The position numbers were made by a program, and so were the translations under genes. A stretch of 64,000 nucleotides of DNA from the NCBI GenBank assembly GCA_009692105.1, contig SHZS01000003.1, positions 5,136 to 69,135 of the forward strand, written 5' to 3'. The DNA comes from Gemmatimonadota bacterium (GTDB lineage: Bacteria; Gemmatimonadota; Gemmatimonadetes; Longimicrobiales; Gaopeijiaceae). Every line of letters begins with the position of its first letter. Positions within the stretch are counted from its first letter, which is position 1. The notes below the pieces were generated by a model. That model made no database searches, was not told the DNA's origin, and saw nothing but the letters and a program-made list of their open reading frames with translations. Of this stretch, positions 1 to 10,249 are shown one piece after another.

Positions 1-264
1 GAGCCGGCCGCCCTTCACCACCGTGGTCATCATGGAGACAGAGGCCTGGGAGATGGCGCACCCCTCCCCGACGAACCGAAGGTCCATAATTGCGTCACCC
101 TCCACCCGCAGCTGCAGCCGGATCTCGTCTCCGCACGACGGGTTCCGCATGTGCACCTCGACCGTGCCGCCCTCCAACTCGCCGCGGTTTCGGGGACGCT
201 TGTAGTGCTCGAGGATGAGCTCTTGGTAGAGCGAGGAGAGCTGCGGTTCAGGGATTGAGGACAT
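1..264 (-). CDS. sufU: SUF-type Fe-S scaffold SufU/IscU-like (C-terminal part runs off the window)
   Basis: My own reverse-strand translation from ATG at 264 gives MSSIPEPQLSSLYQELILEHYKRPRNRG...NPSCGDEIRLQL...GEGCAISQASVSMMTT, the NifU/SufU Cys pattern. It lies directly downstream of sufS. It is absent from the ORF track because there is no stop inside the window. Confidence 0.8.
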   Translation of the reverse strand, partial: MSSIPEPQLSSLYQELILEHYKRPRNRGELEGGTVEVHMRNPSCGDEIRLQLRVEGDAIMDLRFVGEGCAISQASVSMMTTVVKGGRL

Positions 265-275
265 GCGGCGATCGG

Positions 276-1577
276 TCAGTCCCCGAAGACGGAGCGGACC
301 GTCTCCAGGCCTTGAACAAGCCGGTCCACTTCGTCGCGAGTGTTGTAGAAGTAGAACGACGCCCGCGCAGTGGCTGGCACGCCAAATCGACGCATCACGA
401 GCTGAGCGCAGTGATGTCCGGCGCGGATCGCGATCCCCTCGCTGTCCAGTATGGTGGAGACATCGTGCGGATGAGCCTCCGGGACCGTGAAGGACACCAC
501 CCCCGCCCTTTCGCCGGGGTCGGACGGCCCGAAGAGCCGAACCCTCGGAACCTCCCGCAGGCGGTCGAGCGCATACGCCACGAGTGCCTGCTCGTGAGCC
601 AGGATCGCGTCGGCTCCGATCTCGTCTAGGTAGTCCACCGCCGCGTGAAGGCCGACCGTCCCGGCGATGTTTGGGGTCCCCGCCTCGAACTTGTGAGGGA
701 GCGCCGCCCACGTGGAGTAGTCCCGCTCCACGCGATCGATCATCTCCCCACCACCCTGGTACGGGGGCATCCCCTCGAGAAGCTCCCTCCGCCCCCAGAG
801 GACCCCGATCCCCGTCGGGCCACACATCTTGTGGCCCGAGCAGGCGTAGAAATCCACCCCGAGCTCGCGCACGTTCACCCCGTGGTGCGCGGCTCCCTGA
901 GCACCGTCCACCAGGAAGAGGACCCCGGCTTCGTGCAGCAGCTTCGAGATCTCGGCGATCGGATTGATCGTGCCCAGCGCATTGGACACGTGCGAGAGCG
1001 CGGCGATCCGGACCCGACCGCCGTCCAGGATTTCGGGAAGCGCATCCAGGATAAGGCGCCCCTCATCATCCAACTCGAGGAATCGAAGCTTGGCCCCCGT
1101 CCTTGCCGCAATGAGTTGCCAAGGGACCAGGTTCGAATGGTGCTCCATGTCAGAGACCAGGATTTCGTCGCCTTCCTTGAGATTCGCGGAACCCCAGCTC
1201 GCCGCTACTAGGTTGATGGACTCGGTCGTCCCCCGGGTCCAGATGACCTCGGCCGGCGAGGACGCCCCGATCCATGTGGCCACTCTCGCCCGGGCCCCCT
1301 CATACGCGTCGGTCGCCCTCCGGCTCAGCTCGTGGAGGCCCCGATGCACGTTCGCGTTGTCGTGCTCGTAGTAGTTCCGGAGAGCATCCAGGACGCGAAG
1401 AGGTTTCTGGGACGTCGCGGCGTTATCCAGATACGCCAGAGGCCGGCCGTTCACCATTTGGGCAAGCGCGGGGAAATCGCGCCGGAGGCGCTCGACGTCG
1501 AGCTTCGAGCTCAACGAACGCGGACGGGTCTGTGCGCTGGTCTTCACCGGTGGCGGCGCATCCATTGCCGAGGGCAT
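276..1577 (-). CDS. sufS: Cysteine desulfurase SufS (class V aminotransferase)
   Basis: 433-aa ORF with a PLP-Lys region (SGHKMCGPTGIGVLWG) and a C-terminal catalytic Cys loop (RAGHHCAQ). It sits inside the suf cluster. Confidence 0.93.
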   Translation of the reverse strand: MPSAMDAPPPVKTSAQTRPRSLSSKLDVERLRRDFPALAQMVNGRPLAYLDNAATSQKPLRVLDALRNYYEHDNANVHRGLHELSRRATDAYEGARARVATWIGASSPAEVIWTRGTTESINLVAASWGSANLKEGDEILVSDMEHHSNLVPWQLIAARTGAKLRFLELDDEGRLILDALPEILDGGRVRIAALSHVSNALGTINPIAEISKLLHEAGVLFLVDGAQGAAHHGVNVRELGVDFYACSGHKMCGPTGIGVLWGRRELLEGMPPYQGGGEMIDRVERDYSTWAALPHKFEAGTPNIAGTVGLHAAVDYLDEIGADAILAHEQALVAYALDRLREVPRVRLFGPSDPGERAGVVSFTVPEAHPHDVSTILDSEGIAIRAGHHCAQLVMRRFGVPATARASFYFYNTRDEVDRLVQGLETVRSVFGD

Positions 1578-1581
1578 CCCC

Positions 1582-1896
1582 TCACTCGATCTGGACGAAC
1601 ACTCCGTCTCCCCGGATCTCGACCGGGAAGGTGCGTACGGGCTTCAACGCGGGGAGCTGCACCGCTTTCCCGGTCCGGACGTCGAACTTCGCGCCGTGGA
1701 AGACGCACTCGATTCTGCCGTTCTCCAGCTCCCCATCTGAGAGCGGGAAGTCCTGGTGCGAGCAGCAGTCCTCGAGCGCGAAGAACTCCCCCTCCCACCG
1801 TGCAAGGACGATTGCCTCCCCATTTCCCCTGACCGCCCGCAGGCACCCATCCTCCGCGCAATCCGCGACATCGGCGACGCGGACCCACTCAGCCAC
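1582..1896 (-). CDS. Rieske (2Fe-2S) domain protein embedded in the suf operon
   Basis: 104 aa with CSHQ...CVFHGAKF, the CxH...CxxH Rieske ligand pattern. It overlaps the sufD stop by 8 nt. Confidence 0.85.
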   Translation of the reverse strand: MAEWVRVADVADCAEDGCLRAVRGNGEAIVLARWEGEFFALEDCCSHQDFPLSDGELENGRIECVFHGAKFDVRTGKAVQLPALKPVRTFPVEIRGDGVFVQIE

Positions 1897-3313
1897 GCAG
1901 TCGTTCCTCGATGATGCCGGTCACCTTCTCGACGACTCCCCCCAGGGGAAGGCGGGAGAGGACTTCCTCCAGAAATCCCGTGACGACGAGACGCTCGGCC
2001 TGCGGACGCGTAAGACCCCGGCTCATGAGGTAGAAGACGTGCTCTTCCTCGAGCTGTCCCACCGTCGCTCCGTGCGAGCAGCGCACGTCGTCCGCCTCGA
2101 TCTCGAGCCTTGGGAGCGACTCGGCACGCGCATGCTTTGAAAGGAGCAGGTTCCGATTCGTCTGATAGGCGTCCGTTCGCTGAGCACCCTTGTGGACCTT
2201 GATGATCCCCCGGAAGACCCCTCGCGACTTTCCGTCGAGCGCTCCCTTGTAGAGGAGGTCGCTCTTCGCGTTCGGCGCGATGTGGTCCTGCCGCGTGTTG
2301 TGATCGAAGTGCTGGTCGCGCTCTCCAAAGTAGACGCCCAGCATGTCCGAGTTCGCGCCCGGCCCTCGCAGCTCCGCGCTCAAGTCCACCCGGCTGACGG
2401 AGCCACCCAGGCTCACGTTCAGGGTATCGAGCGTGGCATCCCGCTGCGCGATGGTGCGCTGCTGCGAGAGATGGAAGGCGCCCCACCCCATACGCTGCAG
2501 CGACACGTACTGAATCTGAGCGCCGTCCCGCGCGAAGACCTCTACCGCCGACGATACGAACGTCTGCTCGGCGAAATCCGAGGAGAGCGCCTCGTCCACG
2601 AAGGACACCTGGCTCCCTGCCTCGGCCACAATGAGCGTTCTGGAGAACACGGCCCGGCCGGGCTGCGCAAACCAGCGGCTCACCCGCACCGGCAGGTCGA
2701 GCCGAACTCCACTCGGCACGAACAGGAAAGTCCCGTCCGTCCAAAGCGCCGCGTTCAGCGCCTGAAACTTTCCCAGCGTCGCGGGAACGGCCTCGGTGGC
2801 GAGAAGGGGCTCGAGGAGATCGGGGTACGCACGCACGGACCCCCTGAGCGATCCAAGAATGACGCCCTTCGAGCGGAGTTCGTCCAGCAAATCCACCTGA
2901 GCAACCGCACCGTCGATCTCGATGACGTGTCCGGATGCGGCCTCATCCGCCGCCATCGCGGCGACGAGCGCCACCGGAGCCCGACTCGCCTCGAATTTGC
3001 GGCTCTGCCAGGGGAGCAGCTTCAGCCGATCGAGCTTGAGCTTCCGCCTGAGGTCGGTGTAGCGCCACTCCTCCAGGCGAGTCGTGGGCATGGGCGTCCG
3101 CTCATACACGCTCCAGGCCTCGAGCCGCCGATCGCGGAGCCAGGTGGGTTCATCCGCAGCCAGGGCCTCGACGGCCCCTCGGTGAATGGCCGCCGTGATC
3201 CCCTCCACCGCCGGCAGCGCGCCGGCAGACCCGCCCGATCCGGCCTCGCTCGCGGCCCCAGCCGCCCCCGACGCCACCCATGTGACGCCGGTGGCTTCCG
3301 CCGCTTCAGCCAA
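1889..3313 (-). CDS. sufD: Fe-S cluster assembly protein SufD
   Basis: 474 aa with a SufB/D-family C-terminal region ([14 protein letters not shown]...[18 protein letters not shown]...FYLMSRG). It overlaps the sufB stop by 8 nt. Confidence 0.9.
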   Translation of the reverse strand: MAEAAEATGVTWVASGAAGAASEAGSGGSAGALPAVEGITAAIHRGAVEALAADEPTWLRDRRLEAWSVYERTPMPTTRLEEWRYTDLRRKLKLDRLKLLPWQSRKFEASRAPVALVAAMAADEAASGHVIEIDGAVAQVDLLDELRSKGVILGSLRGSVRAYPDLLEPLLATEAVPATLGKFQALNAALWTDGTFLFVPSGVRLDLPVRVSRWFAQPGRAVFSRTLIVAEAGSQVSFVDEALSSDFAEQTFVSSAVEVFARDGAQIQYVSLQRMGWGAFHLSQQRTIAQRDATLDTLNVSLGGSVSRVDLSAELRGPGANSDMLGVYFGERDQHFDHNTRQDHIAPNAKSDLLYKGALDGKSRGVFRGIIKVHKGAQRTDAYQTNRNLLLSKHARAESLPRLEIEADDVRCSHGATVGQLEEEHVFYLMSRGLTRPQAERLVVTGFLEEVLSRLPLGGVVEKVTGIIEERLRG

Positions 3314-4721
3314 CGGACCCCTCCATCTCGAACTCGATCAGCCGGTTCAGCTCAACTGCATACTCGAGGGGGAGGAGCTTTGCGATAGGTTCGATGAAGC
3401 CACGCACGATCATGGCCATCGCCTCTTCCTTGGACATCCCTCGGCTCATCAGATAGAAGAGTTGTTCGTCTCCGATCTTCGAGACCGAGGCCTCGTGACC
3501 GACGTTGGACTGGTTCTCCTCGATCTCGATATACGGGTAGGTGTCCGTCCTGGAAGTCTCGTTGATGAGGAGAGCGTCGCACACCACGTTGGAGCGGGCA
3601 TTCACGGAGCCCTCATGGACCTTGAGTAGCCCGCGGTACGTGGCACGCCCGGTCCCCTTCGAGATGGACTTGGAGAGGATCTGGGAGGTGGTATTGGGCG
3701 CGGCGTGGATCACTTTCCCGCCGGTGTCCTGGTGCTGCCCGTCGCCCGCGTAGGCGATCGAAAGGATGGATCCGTGCGCCCCTTCCCCGACCAGGTAGCA
3801 GCTCGGGTACTTCATCGTCAGCTTCGAGCCCAAATTGCCGTCCAGCCACTCCATAGTCGCGTTCTCGTGCACGAGCGCCCGCTGCGTGACGAGGTTGTAC
3901 ATGTTGTTCGACCAGTTCTGAATCGTCGTGTACCGGAAGTGCGCGCCCGGCCTCACGATGATCTCGATGACCCCCGAGTGGAACGAGTCGGTCGAGTAGA
4001 CCGGTGCCGTGCACCCCTCGATATAGTGCGCCTTCGACCCCTCGTCCGCGATGATGAGGGTTCGCTCGAACTGCCCCATCTGCTCCTGGTTCACGCGGAA
4101 ATAGGCCTGGAGCGGCGTGTCCAGCTCGATCCCCTTCGGGATGTAGACGAACGATCCGCCTGACCATACGGCCGAGTTCATGGCCGAGAACTTGTTGTCC
4201 GCCGCAGGGATGACGGTTCCAAAATACTCCCGGAAGAGCTCCGGGTGGTTCTTCAACCCGTCCTCGATCGAGTCGAAGATGACCCCCTTCTTGTCCCACT
4301 CCTCCTTCAGGGAGTGGTAGATCATCTCGGACTCGTACTGCGCGCCTACTCCAGCCAGGATCTTCCGCTCGGCCTCGGGGATCCCGAGCCGCTCAAAGGT
4401 CTCTTTGATGTTCGTCGGCACGTCGTCCCACGAGCGCTCCATCTTCTCCTGCGGCCGCACGTAGAAGTAGATCTGATCCAGAACGTCGTTCAGCTTGGCG
4501 AGGTCGCCGCCCCAGGTGGGCATCGGCTTCGAGTTGTAGACCTTGAGCGCCTTGAGACGGAGCGCGAGCATCCACTCCGGCTCGTTCTTCTGCGCGGAGA
4601 TCTCCCGCACCACGTTCTCGTTCAGGCCGCGCCCCGACCGGAAGACCGGCTCGTCCTGGGTGATGAAGTGGTACTTGTTCTGGTCGATCCCGATGTCCTG
4701 AACCCCCTGATTCACTGGCAT
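3306..4721 (-). CDS. sufB: Fe-S cluster assembly protein SufB
   Basis: 471 aa that reads like a textbook SufB ([46 protein letters not shown]). Confidence 0.95.
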   Translation of the reverse strand: MPVNQGVQDIGIDQNKYHFITQDEPVFRSGRGLNENVVREISAQKNEPEWMLALRLKALKVYNSKPMPTWGGDLAKLNDVLDQIYFYVRPQEKMERSWDDVPTNIKETFERLGIPEAERKILAGVGAQYESEMIYHSLKEEWDKKGVIFDSIEDGLKNHPELFREYFGTVIPAADNKFSAMNSAVWSGGSFVYIPKGIELDTPLQAYFRVNQEQMGQFERTLIIADEGSKAHYIEGCTAPVYSTDSFHSGVIEIIVRPGAHFRYTTIQNWSNNMYNLVTQRALVHENATMEWLDGNLGSKLTMKYPSCYLVGEGAHGSILSIAYAGDGQHQDTGGKVIHAAPNTTSQILSKSISKGTGRATYRGLLKVHEGSVNARSNVVCDALLINETSRTDTYPYIEIEENQSNVGHEASVSKIGDEQLFYLMSRGMSKEEAMAMIVRGFIEPIAKLLPLEYAVELNRLIEFEMEGSVG

Positions 4722-4724
4722 ATA

Positions 4725-5498
4725 TTATCTCTCCACTGCGGGTCTGAATTCCTCGTAGCCCTTGGCTTCAAGCTCCTCAGCCAACTCCGGGCCGCCCGAC
4801 CGGACGATCCTCCCTCCCACCAGAACGTGCACCCGGTCGGGACGTATGTAGCTCAAGAGGCGCTGATAGTGCGTGATGATGAGGACGGACATCCCCGCGT
4901 CCTCCTCGTGAAGGGCCTTTACCCCCTTCGCGACCACCTGGAGCGCGTCGATGTCGAGCCCCGAGTCCGTTTCGTCCATGAGGGCGAGCGTGGGACGAAG
5001 CACCGCCATCTGAAGGATCTCGCTCCGCTTCTTTTCCCCGCCAGAGAACCCATCGTTCACCGGCCGTTCGGCGAAGGAGGGTTCTACCTCTAGGAGCTCC
5101 ATCCGCTGAAGCAGCTCCTCCTGGAAGTCGAAGAGGTCCAGCTCCTCGTCCGTCCCCAGCCTCGCCTGAAGCGCGGTGCGCAGGAAGTTGGCGATCGAGA
5201 CGCCTGGGATCTCCACGGGATACTGGAAGGCGAGGAACATTCCCCTCCGTGCCCTCTCGTCGGGACCGAGCCCGAGCACGTCCTCCCCGAGGAAGCGGGC
5301 CTCCCCCCCCGTTACCTCGTACCCTGGGTGACCTGCGAGGACCTTGGCGAGCGTGCTTTTGCCGGAGCCGTTCGGGCCCATGATGGCGTGGATCTCTCCA
5401 TGCAGTATTTCGAGGTTTACGCCGTGCAGGATCTCAATGTCCTGTCCGGCAACCTTGGCGCGGAGATCGCGGATGGAGAGAATGGGGGAGTCGGCCAT
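4725..5498 (-). CDS. sufC: Fe-S cluster assembly ATPase SufC
   Basis: Walker A GPNGSGKST, signature FSGGEKKR, Walker B LALMDETDSGLD. I placed the start at ATG 5498 (MADSPILSIRDL, GAGG just upstream); the ORF-track start at 5537 remains possible. Confidence 0.92.
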   Translation of the reverse strand: MADSPILSIRDLRAKVAGQDIEILHGVNLEILHGEIHAIMGPNGSGKSTLAKVLAGHPGYEVTGGEARFLGEDVLGLGPDERARRGMFLAFQYPVEIPGVSIANFLRTALQARLGTDEELDLFDFQEELLQRMELLEVEPSFAERPVNDGFSGGEKKRSEILQMAVLRPTLALMDETDSGLDIDALQVVAKGVKALHEEDAGMSVLIITHYQRLLSYIRPDRVHVLVGGRIVRSGGPELAEELEAKGYEEFRPAVER

Positions 5499-5692
5499 CC
5501 TCGGGAGGTCTCCAGGATGAGGTGCGGAGAGCTCCACACGTTATTAAGAATGATTCCGATTATCGAAACGTAGACCGTGGCGGTATGGAGCGTCAAGAGG
5601 AATCGCGGCGTAGTTTCTTAATGTTCGGGCACTTTCAGAAGGGGCTGCTGCAGCCAGGTGGGACTGGGAGCACTAGGCATTCGGGAGAGGCC

Positions 5693-6601
5693 ATGCTGAG
5701 GCTGCGGAGGCAGGACGGAGGCAGCGGCGCTGCCGGGCTGGAGCTGGGGGGGGTCTCCCTTGGCAACCGGCCCTGGCTGGTGCTCGGTGGAGGAGGCCTG
5801 CGAGGGCTTGCGCACATAGGCGCGTGGCGTGTCCTGAGCGCCGCTGGCCTCAGGCCCGCGGGGATCATCGGAACAAGCATCGGAGGACTGATCGGCGCGT
5901 GCATCGCCGCCGATCGGCCGCTCGAGGAGATGGAGGCCGACGCCCGGAACCTCCGCCGGGAGGATATCGCGAAGCTCCAGCGCCGCGCAGTCTGGATGAA
6001 GGGGATCCGGGCTCCCGCGCTCTTCAGGGCCGAGACTCTCAAGCGGCACCTGAGCCGGGTACTCCCGGATGGGGACTGGGGGAAGCTCGTGATCCGGTTC
6101 CAGACGAACGCTCTCGAGCTCGGGACAGGGAGGACCGAGTGGTTCGGGATCGGCGCTCGCACCGACGTTTCTATGGTGGACGCGGTCTATGCATCCGCCG
6201 CTCTTCCGCTCTTCTACCCGCCTATTTCCCTCCCCGGTGGCATGTACGTCGACGGAGGCTCGGAGGACGCGCTTCCGATCGGAAGGGCGGCCGAGCTGGG
6301 AGCGTCGGTGATCATCGCGATCGACGTCGGGGGCGCCGAGCGGGCCGACCCGCGGGCGATCGTGTCGCAGGGGATGCTCGCGATCCACGAGCGCGTCTTC
6401 GGGATCATGTCGGGGAACCGTCGCCGTAGGAGCGTCCAGCAGTGGGAGGGTCCCCCACTCCTCTACATCCGCCCGGACGTAGAGCGCTTCGGGACGCTGG
6501 ACTTCGACCACACGGAGGAAATCCTGGAGATGGGTCGGGACGCGGCCGAACGCGTGCTCGGAGGAGCTCCCGTCAGTCCTCGACCCGGGCCAGCTCTCTG
6601 A
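5693..6601 (+). CDS. Patatin-like phospholipase
   Basis: GGGGLRGLAHIG oxyanion motif, GTSIGG (GxSxG) nucleophile and YVDGGSED catalytic Asp motif. I placed the start at ATG 5693 because the track start at 5522 overlaps the sufC start region. Confidence 0.8.
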   Translation: MLRLRRQDGGSGAAGLELGGVSLGNRPWLVLGGGGLRGLAHIGAWRVLSAAGLRPAGIIGTSIGGLIGACIAADRPLEEMEADARNLRREDIAKLQRRAVWMKGIRAPALFRAETLKRHLSRVLPDGDWGKLVIRFQTNALELGTGRTEWFGIGARTDVSMVDAVYASAALPLFYPPISLPGGMYVDGGSEDALPIGRAAELGASVIIAIDVGGAERADPRAIVSQGMLAIHERVFGIMSGNRRRRSVQQWEGPPLLYIRPDVERFGTLDFDHTEEILEMGRDAAERVLGGAPVSPRPGPAL

Positions 6602-8087
6602 CGACTGCGTCGATCCGGTTTCCCATCGCGGCCGACGGCAGATTGGACCCGTTCGAGAGGATGCTGAAGACCACCTCACGTCCGTCGTCTCTGAGGAGGT
6701 ATCCAGAGAGTGAGTTGACGTTACTGAGCGTTCCGGTCTTTGCGAACACTCTCCCCTCGAGCCCGGAGAGCCGGCCCTCGAGGGTGGTATCGAGCCCCCC
6801 GGGGTATGCCATCCCTGCTAGGTACGTGCGGAACCAGGGCTGGCTGCGCACATAGGACAGGATCGCCACAACGGCACGCGGGGAGATCAGGTTCTTGGTC
6901 GAAAGCCCGGATCCGTCCTCCATGCGGAGGTCAAACGAATCGACCCCTACAGCGGAGGTGAGATGGCCGCGGACGGCTCGGAGCCCCTCTGGCCAACTTC
7001 CCGCCGATCCAACCTCGGCGCCGAGAGTGCGCACGAGCTGCTCCGTCATCCAGTTCTGGCTTGGTCCAAGGATCGCGGCCGTGACTTCTGGGAGTGGCGG
7101 TGACCATCGCTCAGCGATCAATACCAGCTCCGGGCACGCTCGGAGGGCACCGGAAAGACAGGAGCCGGAAATAGGCACGTCACGGTCCCAGTGGATCCGA
7201 ACCCCGCCCTCGATCACGATTCCCCCTTTCTCCATCGCCCGCTCGAGCGCCTCGACCGCAAGCCGGACCGGGTCCCGTGCGGGTACAATACGTGTACTCT
7301 CCTGCCCCACTGGGATCGTGCCGGTGACCCTCCAACGACGACGCTCCGGCAGGTAGTCCACAACGAGGCTCGGGCCCAGTCCCTGGGACTCGGTCAGCAC
7401 GCCTGCCTCCACGAAAGTGGAGGCGCCCATCGGAGACCATCCCACTCGCGCCGGATCCCCGTCCGCCAAGCCGCCGATCACCCGGATTTCGAGCTCCCCG
7501 CGAGAGAGAGCGAACGGCCCCCCCGTCGCCCCGGCCGTGGCAACCAGGTCCTCGACCATCCACGAGCCCGGCGCCGAGGTCGAGTCCCACGCGGAAGCGT
7601 CGAGAACCAGGGCACCCGCAATGCGCTGGACGCCGGCCTCCCGGAGCACGGACACGAAAGCGCCCAGCGCATCGTCCGCCGACTCGAAGAATGGCTCGCC
7701 CAGGGATGGATCCCCCGATCCTACGAGGATCAGGTCCCCCTCCAGCACTCCGTTCTCCGGAAGGGTCCGGGCTAGAAAGGGCGTTTTCCAGCGGTATTCG
7801 GACCCGAGGAGCCCCATCGCAGCCGCAGTCACGAGAAGCTTCTGGTTGGACGCCGGAACGAAACGGACCGCGGGGTTCCGCTCATAGAGGGTCCGCCCGC
7901 TTCCCGCGTCGGCCACCAGCACACCCCACTGAACTCCGTCGAACGGCGGCTCCGCCAGGAGGGCGTCGAGGCGCTGGGGGAGGGGGATGCTGCGGGAGCT
8001 CGCGCGCATGCCTGTCGCGCAACCCGTTGCCCCGGCGAGAACGAGGGCGATCGAGCAGCCGACGACCAGCCGTGGCCATTGGGGCAT
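6573..8087 (-). CDS. dacB: D-alanyl-D-alanine carboxypeptidase/endopeptidase, PBP4 family (peptidase S13)
   Basis: 504 aa with an N-terminal signal/lipobox-like segment, SxxK (ASNQKL), LVGSGDPSL and KTG (AKTGTL). Confidence 0.88.
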   Translation of the reverse strand: MPQWPRLVVGCSIALVLAGATGCATGMRASSRSIPLPQRLDALLAEPPFDGVQWGVLVADAGSGRTLYERNPAVRFVPASNQKLLVTAAAMGLLGSEYRWKTPFLARTLPENGVLEGDLILVGSGDPSLGEPFFESADDALGAFVSVLREAGVQRIAGALVLDASAWDSTSAPGSWMVEDLVATAGATGGPFALSRGELEIRVIGGLADGDPARVGWSPMGASTFVEAGVLTESQGLGPSLVVDYLPERRRWRVTGTIPVGQESTRIVPARDPVRLAVEALERAMEKGGIVIEGGVRIHWDRDVPISGSCLSGALRACPELVLIAERWSPPLPEVTAAILGPSQNWMTEQLVRTLGAEVGSAGSWPEGLRAVRGHLTSAVGVDSFDLRMEDGSGLSTKNLISPRAVVAILSYVRSQPWFRTYLAGMAYPGGLDTTLEGRLSGLEGRVFAKTGTLSNVNSLSGYLLRDDGREVVFSILSNGSNLPSAAMGNRIDAVVRELARVED

Positions 8088-8185
8088 GCCGGGAACATAC
8101 CTTGGTGCCGTGCGAGGAAGCCAGCGGGTGAGGGCGCCTCGAGCACCCTTCCGCCGGAAGCGGCTCGATCCGAAGATAAGGGCCT

Positions 8186-10249
8186 ATGCCAGATGAAGCG
8201 CTGGACCTAGACACGCCCGCCGAGGAGCTCCCGCCGGATGACGCCCGCGAGCTCGTCGCGACGATCCGTGCGGAGATCGCACGTCACGACCGCCTCTACC
8301 ACGTGGATGGACACCCCGAGATCTCGGACGCGAGGTACGATCGCCTCTTCCAGCGATTGCAGGAGGTCGAGAAGAGATTTCCCCATCTCCAAAGCGACAC
8401 CTCCCCGACTCAGAGGGTGGCCGGGGAGCCCCGAGGCGAACTCCCGACGCTCCCCCACGCAGCACCGATGCTCTCCCTCGACTCGACGCAGGATCCGGAA
8501 GAGGTGCGCCGGTTCCTCGACCGGATGCGGAAGGCGCTGGGGAGCGATGAGATCGAGTATCTGCTCGAACCCAAGCTGGATGGCGTGTCGCTCGAGCTCG
8601 TATACGAGCGGGGGGTGCTGGCGCGCGCGGTGACGCGAGGCAATGGCCGGGAGGGCGAAGGGGTGATCGACAACGTTCGGACGATCCCCTCGGTGCCACT
8701 CCGGCTCCGCGAAGCGGATCGGGGCACGCCTGAATTCCTGTCCGTCCGAGGAGAGGTTCTGATGTCGCTTTCGGCCTTCGAGGCTTTGAACGAGGAGCTC
8801 GTCAAGGCAGGCGTCGAGCCATACTCGAACCCCAGGAATTCGGCGTCCGGTGCCCTCCGTCAGCTGGACGCGTCCATCACGGCACGGCGACCCCTGCAAT
8901 GTCTCGCCTACGATGTGCTCGAGGTTCGTGGACCGACCTTCCGCTCCGACGAAGAAGTCGTGGGCGCGCTCCGGGAGTGGGGGTTTCCGATCCCGGAGCG
9001 GGTCCGCACGGTTCGGAGCGTTGACGAGATCCTCGAGTACCACGCCGCCTTCGAGCGCGACCGCGACTCGCTCGACTACGAGATCGACGGGATCGTCGTG
9101 AAGCTGAACGGACTGCGCGAGCGCACCGACCTGGGGGCCACAGCCCACCATCCCCGATGGGCGATTGCGTTCAAGTTCGAGCCCCGGAAGGAGATCACCA
9201 GGATCGAGCGCATCGTGATCCAGGTCGGTCGCACGGGTGTGCTCACCCCTGTGGCCCTCCTCCTCCCGGTTGAAGTCGGGGGAGTGACCGTATCACGAGC
9301 CTCCCTCCATAACCGGGAGGAGCTGGAGCGCCGCGACATCCGGGAGGAGGATCTCGTGCGGGTGCAGCGGGCGGGTGATGTGATTCCGCAGGTCGTGGAG
9401 GTCATTGCCGAAGAGGGGCGGACGCGCGCGGCTCCCTTCTCGATGCCCGATCGTTGTCCGGAGTGCCGGACACCCGTGCAGACGAAGGGGCCGTTCACCG
9501 TTTGTCCGAATCGTCTCGCGTGTCCCGCACAGCTCAAGGGGAGACTCAGCCACTTTGCTTCGCGAGAAGGACTCGACATTGAAGGGCTGGGCTCGGAGAC
9601 GGCATCCCTCCTCGTGGAGCGAGGGCTCGTGACAGAGCTCGCCGACGTCTTCGATCTCGAGGAGCAGGACCTGCTCCCTCTCCCGGGGTTTGCGGAGAAG
9701 TCGGCCCGAAACCTCACCGCAGCGATCCGATCGCGCCGCACGACCGAGCTCAGACGATTCCTGTACGCGGTGGGGATCCCCGAGGTCGGCTCAGCCGTCG
9801 CCGGAGACCTGGCCTCCCATTTCGGGACGCTCGAGCGGCTCTGGGATGCGGGGGAGGAGGATATCCAGGACGTGGGCGGTGTCGGCCCCCGGATGGCGGA
9901 GCAGATCCGTGGCTTCTTCCAAGAGCCGGCAAATCGCGCAGCCGTTGCACGGCTCCGCGACCGCATGGAGGCCCTCACCGTGCCCACCGGCGAGTCGCCT
10001 GGGGGTCCCTTCCACGGTCGGCGCTTCGTCTTCACCGGAACCCTCGAGTCCATGTCCCGCTCCCGTGCCAAGGAGCTGGTCGAGGACGCCGGGGGGCGCG
10101 CCGTATCCAGCGTGAGCGGGGAAACCCACTTCCTCGTAGCAGGAGCGGGAAGGGGCTCCAAACTCGAGGCGGCCCGGAAGCTGGGTGTGACGATCCTCAG
10201 CGAGCAAGAATTCCTCGCGATGCTTGCCGACGCAGGCATCGGGCTTTGA
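8186..10249 (+). CDS. ligA: NAD-dependent DNA ligase LigA
   Basis: 687 aa with the adenylation motif EPKLDGVS (KxDG), Zn finger CPECRTPV...CPN..C, HhH repeats and a C-terminal BRCT domain (GRRFVFTGTL). Confidence 0.96.
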   Translation: MPDEALDLDTPAEELPPDDARELVATIRAEIARHDRLYHVDGHPEISDARYDRLFQRLQEVEKRFPHLQSDTSPTQRVAGEPRGELPTLPHAAPMLSLDSTQDPEEVRRFLDRMRKALGSDEIEYLLEPKLDGVSLELVYERGVLARAVTRGNGREGEGVIDNVRTIPSVPLRLREADRGTPEFLSVRGEVLMSLSAFEALNEELVKAGVEPYSNPRNSASGALRQLDASITARRPLQCLAYDVLEVRGPTFRSDEEVVGALREWGFPIPERVRTVRSVDEILEYHAAFERDRDSLDYEIDGIVVKLNGLRERTDLGATAHHPRWAIAFKFEPRKEITRIERIVIQVGRTGVLTPVALLLPVEVGGVTVSRASLHNREELERRDIREEDLVRVQRAGDVIPQVVEVIAEEGRTRAAPFSMPDRCPECRTPVQTKGPFTVCPNRLACPAQLKGRLSHFASREGLDIEGLGSETASLLVERGLVTELADVFDLEEQDLLPLPGFAEKSARNLTAAIRSRRTTELRRFLYAVGIPEVGSAVAGDLASHFGTLERLWDAGEEDIQDVGGVGPRMAEQIRGFFQEPANRAAVARLRDRMEALTVPTGESPGGPFHGRRFVFTGTLESMSRSRAKELVEDAGGRAVSSVSGETHFLVAGAGRGSKLEAARKLGVTILSEQEFLAMLADAGIGL

